DNA of 43,364 nt, from assembly GCA_050298055.1 (NCBI GenBank), contig JBNKTL010000034.1, forward strand, positions 8,345 to 51,708. Direction: 5' to 3'. Below, in pieces: positions 1-10,481 of this stretch. The position numbers were made by a program, and so were the translations under genes. The first letter of the stretch is position 1. Every line of letters begins with the position of its first letter. A model generated the notes under the pieces. The model saw only the letters and a program-made list of their open reading frames with translations, did not search any database and was not told where the DNA came from. Source of the DNA: Spirochaetota bacterium (lineage in GTDB: Bacteria > Spirochaetota > UBA4802 > UBA5550).

Positions 1-1
1 T

Positions 2-343
2 AATACAAAAGTGGCAAGAAAACTGATTGAGAAATTAGGCCACAATGTCTATGAGGCAGTTAACGGAATTGATGCCCTGAAATTTCTTGGAGAGAGCCCC
101 TGTGATATCGTATTCATGGATATCGAGATGGAAGGGATGGATGGGATTGAAGCAACACAGCGTATACGTAATGGTGATGTGGGTGAAGATGTAAAAAATA
201 TACCCATACTTGCAATGTCCGCGCATGTAACATCTGATATCCAGGAGATATGTTTCAGCGCGGGGATGAACGGATTCATTACAAAACCAATCAGAAAACA
301 GGACTTATACACTCAGTTATATAAAATATTTTCCATAGCCTGA
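2..343 (+). CDS. Response-regulator receiver domain, probably the C-terminus of a hybrid histidine kinase (5' truncated by the window)
   Basis: Frame is open from the window start (NTKVARKLIEKLGH). REC motifs DIVFMDIEM, DGIEAT, PILAMSA, GMNGFITKP. Confidence 0.85.
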   Translation, partial: NTKVARKLIEKLGHNVYEAVNGIDALKFLGESPCDIVFMDIEMEGMDGIEATQRIRNGDVGEDVKNIPILAMSAHVTSDIQEICFSAGMNGFITKPIRKQDLYTQLYKIFSIA

Positions 344-355
344 ACCGTGAGCTCT

Positions 356-1540
356 TTACTTAATATTCTCAAGTGATTCTTTTATAATGATCTTTTTCCT
401 GTTATCCCGGGAAACGATATCAAGTGAAATATCGCTGGTATAGACCTGTCTCCCTCTCTGGGTGAGAATATAAATATCCGCCTTTACCCTCTCCATACCG
501 CTCTGCAGCTGTACGACTCCGGTGAGGATTCCCCTGTAACTCCCCCTCCCGTGGGGTCTCATGGGAATCTTGATCGATATAAGCTGATTGCCGGAGCTGT
601 CATTTATAACAAGTGTTGAATTGAATTTTGGGAGAAGACGATCATTGCTGTTTCTCAGCTTTCGGATAATCCCGGCCGGAAGATTGACCCAGCCTTCAAG
701 AATTATTTCATCGGGGTCCAGTATATCGGGGGACTCCACGGTTTTTTTTGATCCCCTGTAGCTGTTTATTCCCATAGATATATTAAGACGGTCTTCCGGA
801 AATGCCAGGTTTGAATAAAAATTGCCGAATATCTCCCTGCCGTCCTCCAGAGTGGCAAAAACCTCAATCTGAACCGGCTTACCGCTGCTCAGCATAAGCC
901 TGTCAGTAAAATTCACCGTGTAGGTATTGCCGGCAGAATCGCTCTTGATTCCCGGTTGTACCCGTTTTCGGTAGATCCATCCTTTCTTTTGTCTCTCCCT
1001 GATCCTGATAATAAAACTGTTGTTGACGGGTGATTCGGAAATGTGAGGGGTCCTGCCGTAAACCGAGAGAAGAATTTCCCTTTTTTCTGCTGCTTTCTTC
1101 AGGGGACCTGTTTGTATTTTTTCCTTTAACCCTTTCAGCTTAAAGAGTTCTACCGATGAGTGTATTCTGCTGATCCCGTTTCCCGTTTTGATTTTCCACT
1201 CTTCATATATGCTGCCTCCTTCATTCAGATCTGCTGAAGCATAAGCTATGAGGTTCCTGTCTGTCCTGCATCTTATTCCCGCACTTAATGAGAATGTATA
1301 GATATGCCCGCCCTTCACCTTTCTGCTGCGTGCGGTAATATTTTGTGTATAGATCCAGTTGTCGGATCCCTCATTTCTGATCTTTACGGTAATAGAGTTC
1401 TCCCTGATTGTGTACTTAATCGGGGCAGTTCTTCCCATGAGATCAAGTTTGACTTTTTTATATGCGGTTTTCCCGTAGAGGGAAGAGTATAATGCCGCTG
1501 CCGAGAGAAAGAGAATGATGAGATTGATACGATTTTTCAT
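356..1540 (-). CDS. Hypothetical exported protein
   Basis: 394-aa ORF with signal-peptide-like N-terminus (MKNRINLIILFLSAAALYSSLYG). No recognised family. Confidence 0.7.
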   Translation of the reverse strand: MKNRINLIILFLSAAALYSSLYGKTAYKKVKLDLMGRTAPIKYTIRENSITVKIRNEGSDNWIYTQNITARSRKVKGGHIYTFSLSAGIRCRTDRNLIAYASADLNEGGSIYEEWKIKTGNGISRIHSSVELFKLKGLKEKIQTGPLKKAAEKREILLSVYGRTPHISESPVNNSFIIRIRERQKKGWIYRKRVQPGIKSDSAGNTYTVNFTDRLMLSSGKPVQIEVFATLEDGREIFGNFYSNLAFPEDRLNISMGINSYRGSKKTVESPDILDPDEIILEGWVNLPAGIIRKLRNSNDRLLPKFNSTLVINDSSGNQLISIKIPMRPHGRGSYRGILTGVVQLQSGMERVKADIYILTQRGRQVYTSDISLDIVSRDNRKKIIIKESLENIK

Positions 1541-1611
1541 ATTTTTCTTTAAAAGTGATTATATTTATTGCATAGGAGAGTCATTGCTGATATGTTTTTA
1601 CTGTTCAGATA

Positions 1612-1682
1612 TATGACTATAATAAATGTATATATTAAATTATTAACAATATGTCTCCGCCGCCTACGGCGGCGGAGACATA
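1612..1682. repeat. Dispersed GC-rich hairpin element with AT-rich tail, copy 1
   Basis: Perfect 15-bp stem TATGTCTCCGCCGCC-TAC-GGCGGCGGAGACATA (1650-1682). Related copies at about 17250 and 38705. Confidence 0.85.
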
Positions 1683-1874
1683 AGTGTTATGGTTTTCATG
1701 AAAATGTTTATCCTTATGCATAACTGAGTAGTTATGATATATTTTTCAATTATTTTTATGTTATATTAGAATAAAAAATGAAAATTTTATTTACAGAATT
1801 TACCGTAATTTTGAATCTATTCTTCAGACGGTTCATCGCAGATCATCTGTTATTCATTTTAGAAGGAGGCTTTC

Positions 1875-3749
1875 ATGGCATTAAATTCCTTAGTAGATTC
1901 CCGAGATGTTCGCTTTATCCTTTTTGAACTTCTTGAGATGGACAGGCTCAACAGGTTCGGCAGATATTCCGAATTCGACAGGGAGACCTATGAAGATGTA
2001 ATCAGCCTTGCAGAGGTTTTATCAATTAACAAGGTCTATCCCGCAAATTCGGAAGCTGACAGGGAACATGCAAAATTTGATCCTGCAACGGGAGAGGTGA
2101 AGATCCCTCATGTTTTCAGGGAAGGTCTCAATGCCTATTACGAAGCGGGATTCCTGAGTCTCCCCTTTGAGGAGAGTGACGGGGGGATGGGAATGCCTAT
2201 CGTTCTCTATAATACGGTCAGTGATTACTTTTCCGCGGCAAGCCTCGCCCTGGGGATGTTTCCCATGCTCTCCAGCGGTGCTCTTAACATGTATATCAAC
2301 TTTCTTCCGGAGGGAGAGAGAAAAACAACTGTTATTGAAAAGATGATCTCAGGGGAGTGGGGGGGGTCCATGTGCCTCACCGAACCTGACGCGGGATCGG
2401 ATGTGGGCGCCCTCAAAACAAAAGCGGTGAAGAATGGTGACGGGACCTATTCCATTACCGGTCAGAAGATATTCATCTCCAACGGAGAAAACGACTACTA
2501 CGCAAATAATGTTCATCCGGTTCTTGCAAGGATAGAGGGAGACCCTGCGGGAACAAAGGGAATCTCAATATTCATGGTCCCCAAGTACTGGATAAACGAA
2601 GACGGGTCAATGGGTGAGCCCAATGATATTGTCTGTTCGGGAATTGAAGAGAAGATGGGTATCCACGGCAATCCAACCTGCAGCCTCAGCTTTGGAGACA
2701 ACGGTAAATGCAGGGGTGTCCTTATGGGCAAGGAACGCCAGGGGATGAAGATAATGTTCCAGATGATGAACGAGGCCAGGCTCTTTGTGGGGTGCCAGGG
2801 AATGTCGCTTTCAAGTACTGCTTATCTCCATGCGGTAACCTATGCCCGGAACAGGATACAGGGTAAACATGTAACACAGATGCTCAACCCGGAAGCGGAA
2901 AGTGTGGCTATCAGCCAGCACCCGGATGTGAAGAGAATGCTCCTTTCAATGAAATCGAAGGTTGAAGCCATGAGGACACTAACCTACCTGAGCGGAATAC
3001 TCTTTGATTATGAGATCGCGGCAGAAGGCGAGGAGAAGGAAGAAGCTGCCGCTCTTCTGGAATTTCTTATTCCCATAACCAAAGCGGGAAATACAGACCT
3101 CGCGTGGGATGTAACCGGTACAGCTGTCCAGGTTTACGGAGGATACGGATACTGCTCGGATTATCCGGTGGAACAATTTGCCAGAGATTCAAAGATACTT
3201 TCCATCTACGAAGGGACCAATGGTATCCAGTCACTGGACCTGACAATGAGAAAATTATTGATGAACGAAAATCAGCGCAACTATATCCTCTACAGGGAGA
3301 GGATAGAAAAGGCCATTGAAGATGCAAAGGGAATAGTCGGTGACATCTATATTTCTCAGGTTCAGAGGGGACTTGAGAAAATTGACGAAATTGTGGAGTT
3401 GATGAAAAAGAACATGGCAGAGGGTAAGTTCCTTCATATCTTTTCGTATGCCACTTCGCTGCAGCAGGCCTTTTCATATCTCACCTATGCTTGGATGCAC
3501 CTCTGGGGGCTTACGGCAGCCATTCCGAAAATGAAAGAGCTTGTTGGTGACAGGAAAGGTGAAGAGAGGGAAAACTTTCTCAATGACAATCGTGAGGCCG
3601 CGTTCTATTCGGGAAGGGTCCTTTCGGGACAGTACTACCTGAACTCTGAGTTTCATAAATTTTTTGGAATTGCAGGTGAACTCCTTGCCGGTGAAACTGC
3701 CGTTATAAAGGCATCTGACCCGTTATTTACAGGAGCTCCTGAGGAGTAG
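1875..3749 (+). CDS. Acyl-CoA dehydrogenase (long, about 600-aa type)
   Basis: Motifs MCLTEPDAGSDVG, GQKIFIS, EEKMGIHG, QVYGGYGY, IYEGTNGIQ. SD GGAGG upstream. Confidence 0.95.
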   Translation: MALNSLVDSRDVRFILFELLEMDRLNRFGRYSEFDRETYEDVISLAEVLSINKVYPANSEADREHAKFDPATGEVKIPHVFREGLNAYYEAGFLSLPFEESDGGMGMPIVLYNTVSDYFSAASLALGMFPMLSSGALNMYINFLPEGERKTTVIEKMISGEWGGSMCLTEPDAGSDVGALKTKAVKNGDGTYSITGQKIFISNGENDYYANNVHPVLARIEGDPAGTKGISIFMVPKYWINEDGSMGEPNDIVCSGIEEKMGIHGNPTCSLSFGDNGKCRGVLMGKERQGMKIMFQMMNEARLFVGCQGMSLSSTAYLHAVTYARNRIQGKHVTQMLNPEAESVAISQHPDVKRMLLSMKSKVEAMRTLTYLSGILFDYEIAAEGEEKEEAAALLEFLIPITKAGNTDLAWDVTGTAVQVYGGYGYCSDYPVEQFARDSKILSIYEGTNGIQSLDLTMRKLLMNENQRNYILYRERIEKAIEDAKGIVGDIYISQVQRGLEKIDEIVELMKKNMAEGKFLHIFSYATSLQQAFSYLTYAWMHLWGLTAAIPKMKELVGDRKGEERENFLNDNREAAFYSGRVLSGQYYLNSEFHKFFGIAGELLAGETAVIKASDPLFTGAPEE

Positions 3750-4080
3750 GAAAATTTTAATTACAATCCGCGGAGGTCCCCCTGGATAAAATTTTTATGG
3801 ACAGATAATATGATTCTATTATTTTATGTTCTTGCCGGTGTATTGTGTCATTTTCATCGGTAACTTTTCTGATGATGTAATGGTAGATTCAATTGCGCAG
3901 ACTTTATTTCTTTACAAATGACGGAAGTTGCGGCTTAGTTGAAAAGACTCTGAAGGCCGATCATTTAAAAAGTCTTCAGGACAAAGCCGGTGATAACAAT
4001 ACCGGAAACTTCATAAATTTCCTGCCTCTTTTATTCGGGACTCCCGTAAGTGCAGCGGTAAATAATCAAGGTATATCATT

Positions 4081-7000
4081 TTGAAAAATATTCAAGGATA
4101 TACTATCTCTGAAACTCTTCAGAAAGATCAGATAACGACGGTATACAGGTGTATTGAAAAATCTACCGGAGAAATGAAACTTGTTAAAGTCCTTAACGGG
4201 GAATATCCGGACAGTGAGAGCATTAAAAAATTTTACGATGACTTTAACATTGTTGAGGGCCTTAATATTGATGGAGTTTTAAAATATCATTCAATTATTG
4301 ATTTCGGGCATAGTAAAGCCATTGTCATGGAGGACCCCGGGGGGATACTGCTCAGGGACTATTTTGAAGAGGGTGATGATTACATTTCACGCTATGTTGA
4401 AATCTTTATTAAAATTGCCGCAATCCTCGATGATATCCATAAAAACAACATCATACACAAGAATTTAACTCCCGATGCCATTATCGTTAATCGTGCCAGC
4501 GGGGAAGTAAAAATTACTGATTTCTCTGTGGCATCACAGGTCAGGAAGGAGGTCCAGGATTCAATTAGTCCAAAAAAACTCGATGCAAACCCGTTTTACA
4601 TATCACCCGAACAGAGCGGCAGAATGAACCGTTCGGTTGATTACCGGTCAGATAATTACACACTGGGAATTATCATGTATGAGAAACTGACCGGCAGTCT
4701 TCCTTTTCTCTCTGATGATACAATGCAGATTATTCATCACCACATCGCAAAAATTCCCGATATTCCTTCGGATGTTAATGATGATATTCCCCGGGGATTA
4801 TCTGATATCATAATGAAGATGCTCTCAAAAACCGCAGAGGACCGTTACCAGAGCAGTTATGGATTGATAGAAGATCTTAAAAGATTTTCGGGACACCCGA
4901 AGATTATCAATATGGATGAGGTTTTTAAAGCGGGTACCAGTGATTTCTCCGATACTCTTGAAATTCCGGAAAAAGTTTACGGCAGGGAACATGAGATTGA
5001 AAAGATTCTGAATATTACTGAAAGAATTATAAAGGGGAAAGCCGAATTGCTCCTGATAGCCGGTGATCCCGGTGTGGGGAAATCATTCCTTATTGACGAA
5101 GTCCAGAAACTGCTTCTCAACAGAAATGCATATTTTATTTCGGGAAAATGTGACCAGTTCCGCCCGACCATCCCTTATGATTCAATCGCACAGGCGTTTA
5201 AAGACTTTATCAAACAGATACTGATGGAGGAGGAAGAGAGCATTGCTTCATGGAAAGAGCTGATTGTCAGTGAACTGAGAGGAAGCTGCCGGCTTATCTG
5301 TGAAGTTATCCCCGAACTTGAACTGATCACCGGGACACAGCCGCCCCTTCCGGAGCTCACATCGGTTGAATCGTACAACCGTTTCAATTATGCATTTTTA
5401 AAATTCATAAAAGTCCTGACAGAGAGAGAGGAGCCGCTGGTCATCTTTCTCGATGATCTTCAGTGGGCCGATGAAGGAACACTGAACCTGATTACTTCGA
5501 TTATAACCGGTAAAGATATATCTCATTGTCTCATTATCGGTGCGTACCGTGATCATGAAATCGGTAAATCCCATCCCCTCGCTCTCATGATGGAAGAATT
5601 GAATGCAGAGGGTACGGGTTATGAGATACTGAAAATTAATCCCCTGAAGGTGGAACATATTAACCGGATGATATCAGACACCCTCATCATTGCTCCTCAA
5701 CGAACCGGCCCCCTTGCGGAAATTGTGGCAAACAGGTCCGGGGGAAATCCCTTTTTTATAAAGGAGTTTTTGATTAAACTCTATAAATCCGGGTGCATTA
5801 CCCGTAACATTATGTGGACCTTCGATCTGGAGAAAATAAAGCAGCTTGAAGTCACTGAGAGTTCCGTCGACCTCATAGCAGAAAGAATTTTAAGACTGTC
5901 AGACCAGACCCGGGAAATACTTAAAGCCGCGTCCTGTATCGGTATTGAGTTCAGCGAGGGTTTGCTGCCCTCTGACACCATTGAAACCGGCAGCACTTTT
6001 TTTGATAAATTAAAGGAAGCAATCAATGAAGGGCTGGTAATAAAATTTCAGGATAGAATGAAGTTTTCCCATGACAAAGTGAGGGAAGCCGTTTATAACC
6101 TGCTTAATGAAAAAGAAAAAAGTGAAATCCACTATAAAATTGGGAATCATCTTTTATCAAGGATTGAAGAAGAGAATAAAGAGAGCAATATCTATCTTAT
6201 TGTAAACCAGTTTAACCATGGTATTGAGAGGATAAATGATAAAGCTGAAAAGGTGAAACTCGCGGAATTAAATCTCAGGGCCGGCTTGAAATCAAAAAGT
6301 TCCAACTCATATTTCGAGGCAATAAGGTTTCTTGAAAACGGGTTGAGTCTTCTCTCTCCTGAAAAGTGGAGTTCCCATTACAGTTTAACACTCTCTCTTT
6401 ATACAGAGGCAGGTGAAACTCTCTATCTTCTGGGTGAACATGAAAAAGCCGAGATCTATTATAACAGGGTGCTGGAGAAAGCAAGATCACCCATTGATAA
6501 AGTCAGGGTCTATGAGGTAAAAATCATTAATTACACAGTAATGCACAGGCATAAGGAAGCATTGGACCTGGGGATAAGAATTCTGAAAGATTTCGGTTAC
6601 ACTATGCCCAAAAGGGCCGGCATCTTTCACATTATTAAAGAGCTTCTTTTTGTAAAAAAAGGTCTGTATAAAAAAAGTAACAGGGACCTTCTGGATCTTC
6701 CCGAGGTTACGGATCCGAGGATTATCGCCATAGAACGAATCCTTATGGCATGCTCACAGCCATGTTATACGGGAATACCCGGTTATCTTCCCATCGTAAT
6801 ACTGAAACTTCTCAGGCTTTCACTTCGCTATGGCAATTCCATCCATTCATCTTTCTCTTTTATGACTTATTCGATGATCCTCTGTGGTTTTATCGGCAAT
6901 ATTAACAGTGGTTACAGGTACGGTGAGCTTTCACTGAAACTCATGGAGAAATACAGTGCCAGAGAACTGAAGCCCAGGGTATTCTTCATATTCGGGACGA

Positions 7001-10000
7001 TGATAAATCACTGGAAAAATCATTTCAACAAGGACCTTGATTTTCTTCTCAGCGCGTATAAAACAGGAACAGAGGTCGGTGAATTCTCATGGGCGTCATA
7101 TTCGATTAATCACTATTTTTTTCACCAGTTTTTTATGGGGAAACCCCTGGCGGGAATAATCAGCAGTATTGATAACTATTATGAAGGAATAAAAAGCCTG
7201 AAACAGTTAAGCAGCACGCGGATTTTCCAGTTGTTGTACCAGGTGATGCTGAACTTGAGCGGTCATTGTGATGAGAAACTGCTTATCAGGGGGGAGTTCT
7301 TTGATGAGGAGGTTGTTGTTGATGAATGGATTAAAAGCAAAGAAAAAAACTCTCTTTGCTTCTATTATACGTTCAAACAGATTTTGTACTATTTTTATGG
7401 AAAATATGAAGATGCGCTGAAGATATCTCAGGAGAATATCGAATACCTTGATTCTGCCATGAGTATGATATTCATCCCCGTATTTTACTACTACTATTCC
7501 CTTTCACTGCTGGCTTCCTCTGAACGGCCCGGTAATAAGAGAAAGAAAAAAAAATATCTGAAACAGGTCCGAAAACATCTGAAGATGTTTGAAAAGTGGG
7601 CGGAACACTCTCCGGTAAACTATAAACATAAGCTCATGATCATCAGGGCGGGATTCCGGTCTGCCATGGGGAGGGATGTTAAATCCATACTGGGGCTCTA
7701 TGAAGAAGCCATTCTCCTGGCACAGGAGGGCGGGTTTATTCAGGATGAAGCTGTCGCCTGTGAAAGAGCAGGCCAGTACTGTCTCTCTGTGAATATGAAC
7801 AGGTTTGCCGGAACTTATTTGGGAAATGCCCGAAATCTCTTTCTGACATGGGGGGGGAAAAACTATGTTGATGACTTTCAGAAGAGATATCCGCAAGTGT
7901 TTCAAGACGATTTTCACATAAATGAAAAGCAGGGAGTAAATAACCAGGACAAACTTGATATATCCACTGTCATAAAGTCTTCGCATGTTATGTCGGGCGA
8001 AATTATCCTGAAAAATCTTGTTGAAAGGCTTATGGAGATATTGATAGAAAATGCCGGTGCCAGCAGGGGATTGCTGATTCTTCAGGGTGAAATGGGTCTC
8101 AATATTGAAGCCGAGTATTCAATTGATAATAAAAAAATCCGTCTTTTTAAAGAGCAACCTGTTGATGATTACAGGGATATCCCTCATTCAATAATTAATT
8201 ATTCAAAGAGGGCGCTTGAAACCGTGGTTTTAAACAGTAAAAAAGATATGGAAGCTTTTGAAAAAGAACCGTATTTCAAAAAGGAAACTTCACGATCGAT
8301 TATATCAATGCCTCTGATTAAACAGAAAAGTCTTGTAGGACTTCTCTATCTTGAAAACAATCTCACTTTCGGAGCATTTCCCGTTGAAAGGATTGAGCTC
8401 CTGAAACTCCTTTCCACCCAGGCCGCTATATCCTTAGAGAATGCCCGGTTGTTTGCACGGGCGCAAAAAGCCGAGTCAGAAATGTACAGGCAGTATGAGG
8501 AGATACAGGGTCAGTATGAAGAAATGGAATCAATGAATGAAGAGCTTGAACAGACATACGAAGAACTTATTAATACAAATATAGATCTGAATAATGAAAG
8601 GGAAATTCTGGATATTTTTAAAAAATTCGCCGAAGCATCAGGTCATAGCCTCGGAATGACAGATCTGAAGGGTAACATCACATATGTCAATTCTGCTTTT
8701 TGTAAGATTACCGGTGAGGAAAGTGCGGGCAATTTAATAGGAGTCTATCTTGGCGACTATTATACCGAAGAGAATAAGAAAGTCCTGATGGACAGGGTCC
8801 TTCCTGATGTACTGAACAAAGATCAGGTTATCGTTGAGATGATGCTTTTATCATCCAATGAAGATGTAAGACACACTATTCAGAATATCTTTCTTATCAG
8901 GGACAATAAAAATGACCCCATTAATTTTGCCTTTGTTATAACCGATATCACTGAAATGAAAAATGCCGAGAAAGCGTTGAGGGAGAGTGAAGAACGCTAC
9001 AGGCTGCTTGTGGAAACAATGAACGAAGGCCTTGTTGTTGTAGATGAACGCGACAGGATAACATACTGCAATTCCCGGTTTTGTGAGATGATACAAAACG
9101 ATTATAATTATACAATAGGAAGGTATATCGGGGATTTTCTTGACGAAAAGAACAGGGAGAAAGTTAAAATTGAATCCGCGAGGAGGAAAGAAGGACATCA
9201 CAATACATATGAACTGGAATTTAAAAGGAGCGACAGCCAGGTTGTCCCGGTATCAGTATCTCCGCGTCCAATATTTAACAGTGACGGGAAGTATGCGGGG
9301 AGTTTTGCAATTATTACAGACATAAGTTATCGTAAGAGAACTGAATACGAACTTCTCAAAACTTCAAAGATTGAATCCCTGGGGGTCTTTGCCGGCGGTC
9401 TTGCGCATGATTTTAATAATTTTCTCACTGCAATTATCGGTAATATCTCTTTCCTGAAAATTAACATGGACCAGGACAGTGAAAATTTTGAGATTCTGAA
9501 AGACGCGCAGAAAGCCGCGGTAAGAGCGAAAAATCTTACACAGCAACTCCTGACTTTTTCAAAAGGCGGGAAACCTGTGAAAAAGATCATTCCCATTGAA
9601 AACCTGTTGAAAGAGTCTGCCAGTTTTGTGTTGAGCGGGTCAAATATCATTTTGAAATTTAATATCAGTGATGATATGTGGAATGCCGAGATAGATGAGG
9701 GGCAGATCAGCCAGGTATTTCATAATCTTGTGATCAACGCACGACAGGCCATGCCCGGCGGCGGGGTTATAGAAATTTCCGTGGAAAATATTTCAATTTC
9801 ACGTGAGGAGGGGGTCCCGCTGTCTGCCGGGAACTATATTAAAATAAAATTTCAGGATAACGGCCCGGGGATTAAGAGTGAAAATCTCAACAATATATTT
9901 GATCCCTTTTTTACAACCAAGGAAGAAGGAAGCGGACTGGGTCTGGCAATAACATATTCAATCATAAAAAAACATAACGGGCATATATCGGTTGAATCGA

Positions 10001-10473
10001 ATATGGGAACAGGTACTGTTTTTACTCTTTATCTCCCGGCAAAGAAGAACATTCCGGAAAAAAAGACCGGTGATAAGAAAATGAGATACCGGGGAAGCGG
10101 AAGAATTCTTGTTATGGATGATGATAAAAGTATTATCAATACGGTAAGTAAGATGCTGAAATATTTCGGATTCAGTGTGGATTCAGCAACTAATGGTGAA
10201 GAAGCAATCAATAAGTATAAAAAAGCCCTGGCAGCGGAAGAACCTTACAGAATAGTCATTCTGGACCTGACAATTCCCGGGAAGATGGGTGGCCGTGAAG
10301 CCATTGAAGAATTAAAGAAACTGGATCCCGGGATAAAAGCTGTGGTATCCAGCGGTTATTCAAATGATCCGGTCATGGCAAATTACAGTGAGTATGGATT
10401 TTCCGCTGTTGTCAAAAAACCCTTTATCATCGAAGAACTGGAAGAAGTTCTTTCCACTGTTCTTGAAAATTAA
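4081..10473 (+). CDS. Multidomain sensor: Ser/Thr kinase-like + AAA ATPase + TPR-like + GAF + 2 PAS + histidine kinase + receiver
   Basis: YISPEQSGRMNRSVDYRSD, Walker A GDPGVGKS, LVIFLDDLQWAD, GAF GLLYLENN, H-box GGLAHDFNN, FDPFFTTK, GSGLGL, REC ILVMDDD...VILDLTIP. TTG start. Confidence 0.95.
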   Translation: MKNIQGYTISETLQKDQITTVYRCIEKSTGEMKLVKVLNGEYPDSESIKKFYDDFNIVEGLNIDGVLKYHSIIDFGHSKAIVMEDPGGILLRDYFEEGDDYISRYVEIFIKIAAILDDIHKNNIIHKNLTPDAIIVNRASGEVKITDFSVASQVRKEVQDSISPKKLDANPFYISPEQSGRMNRSVDYRSDNYTLGIIMYEKLTGSLPFLSDDTMQIIHHHIAKIPDIPSDVNDDIPRGLSDIIMKMLSKTAEDRYQSSYGLIEDLKRFSGHPKIINMDEVFKAGTSDFSDTLEIPEKVYGREHEIEKILNITERIIKGKAELLLIAGDPGVGKSFLIDEVQKLLLNRNAYFISGKCDQFRPTIPYDSIAQAFKDFIKQILMEEEESIASWKELIVSELRGSCRLICEVIPELELITGTQPPLPELTSVESYNRFNYAFLKFIKVLTEREEPLVIFLDDLQWADEGTLNLITSIITGKDISHCLIIGAYRDHEIGKSHPLALMMEELNAEGTGYEILKINPLKVEHINRMISDTLIIAPQRTGPLAEIVANRSGGNPFFIKEFLIKLYKSGCITRNIMWTFDLEKIKQLEVTESSVDLIAERILRLSDQTREILKAASCIGIEFSEGLLPSDTIETGSTFFDKLKEAINEGLVIKFQDRMKFSHDKVREAVYNLLNEKEKSEIHYKIGNHLLSRIEEENKESNIYLIVNQFNHGIERINDKAEKVKLAELNLRAGLKSKSSNSYFEAIRFLENGLSLLSPEKWSSHYSLTLSLYTEAGETLYLLGEHEKAEIYYNRVLEKARSPIDKVRVYEVKIINYTVMHRHKEALDLGIRILKDFGYTMPKRAGIFHIIKELLFVKKGLYKKSNRDLLDLPEVTDPRIIAIERILMACSQPCYTGIPGYLPIVILKLLRLSLRYGNSIHSSFSFMTYSMILCGFIGNINSGYRYGELSLKLMEKYSARELKPRVFFIFGTMINHWKNHFNKDLDFLLSAYKTGTEVGEFSWASYSINHYFFHQFFMGKPLAGIISSIDNYYEGIKSLKQLSSTRIFQLLYQVMLNLSGHCDEKLLIRGEFFDEEVVVDEWIKSKEKNSLCFYYTFKQILYYFYGKYEDALKISQENIEYLDSAMSMIFIPVFYYYYSLSLLASSERPGNKRKKKKYLKQVRKHLKMFEKWAEHSPVNYKHKLMIIRAGFRSAMGRDVKSILGLYEEAILLAQEGGFIQDEAVACERAGQYCLSVNMNRFAGTYLGNARNLFLTWGGKNYVDDFQKRYPQVFQDDFHINEKQGVNNQDKLDISTVIKSSHVMSGEIILKNLVERLMEILIENAGASRGLLILQGEMGLNIEAEYSIDNKKIRLFKEQPVDDYRDIPHSIINYSKRALETVVLNSKKDMEAFEKEPYFKKETSRSIISMPLIKQKSLVGLLYLENNLTFGAFPVERIELLKLLSTQAAISLENARLFARAQKAESEMYRQYEEIQGQYEEMESMNEELEQTYEELINTNIDLNNEREILDIFKKFAEASGHSLGMTDLKGNITYVNSAFCKITGEESAGNLIGVYLGDYYTEENKKVLMDRVLPDVLNKDQVIVEMMLLSSNEDVRHTIQNIFLIRDNKNDPINFAFVITDITEMKNAEKALRESEERYRLLVETMNEGLVVVDERDRITYCNSRFCEMIQNDYNYTIGRYIGDFLDEKNREKVKIESARRKEGHHNTYELEFKRSDSQVVPVSVSPRPIFNSDGKYAGSFAIITDISYRKRTEYELLKTSKIESLGVFAGGLAHDFNNFLTAIIGNISFLKINMDQDSENFEILKDAQKAAVRAKNLTQQLLTFSKGGKPVKKIIPIENLLKESASFVLSGSNIILKFNISDDMWNAEIDEGQISQVFHNLVINARQAMPGGGVIEISVENISISREEGVPLSAGNYIKIKFQDNGPGIKSENLNNIFDPFFTTKEEGSGLGLAITYSIIKKHNGHISVESNMGTGTVFTLYLPAKKNIPEKKTGDKKMRYRGSGRILVMDDDKSIINTVSKMLKYFGFSVDSATNGEEAINKYKKALAAEEPYRIVILDLTIPGKMGGREAIEELKKLDPGIKAVVSSGYSNDPVMANYSEYGFSAVVKKPFIIEELEEVLSTVLEN

Positions 10474-10481
10474 GTCCCGTT

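Noticed and set aside
3893..4084. 63-aa ORF overlapping the start of the sensor kinase
   Set aside because: TTG start, no SD and no recognisable motif. Likely a chance ORF in the promoter region.
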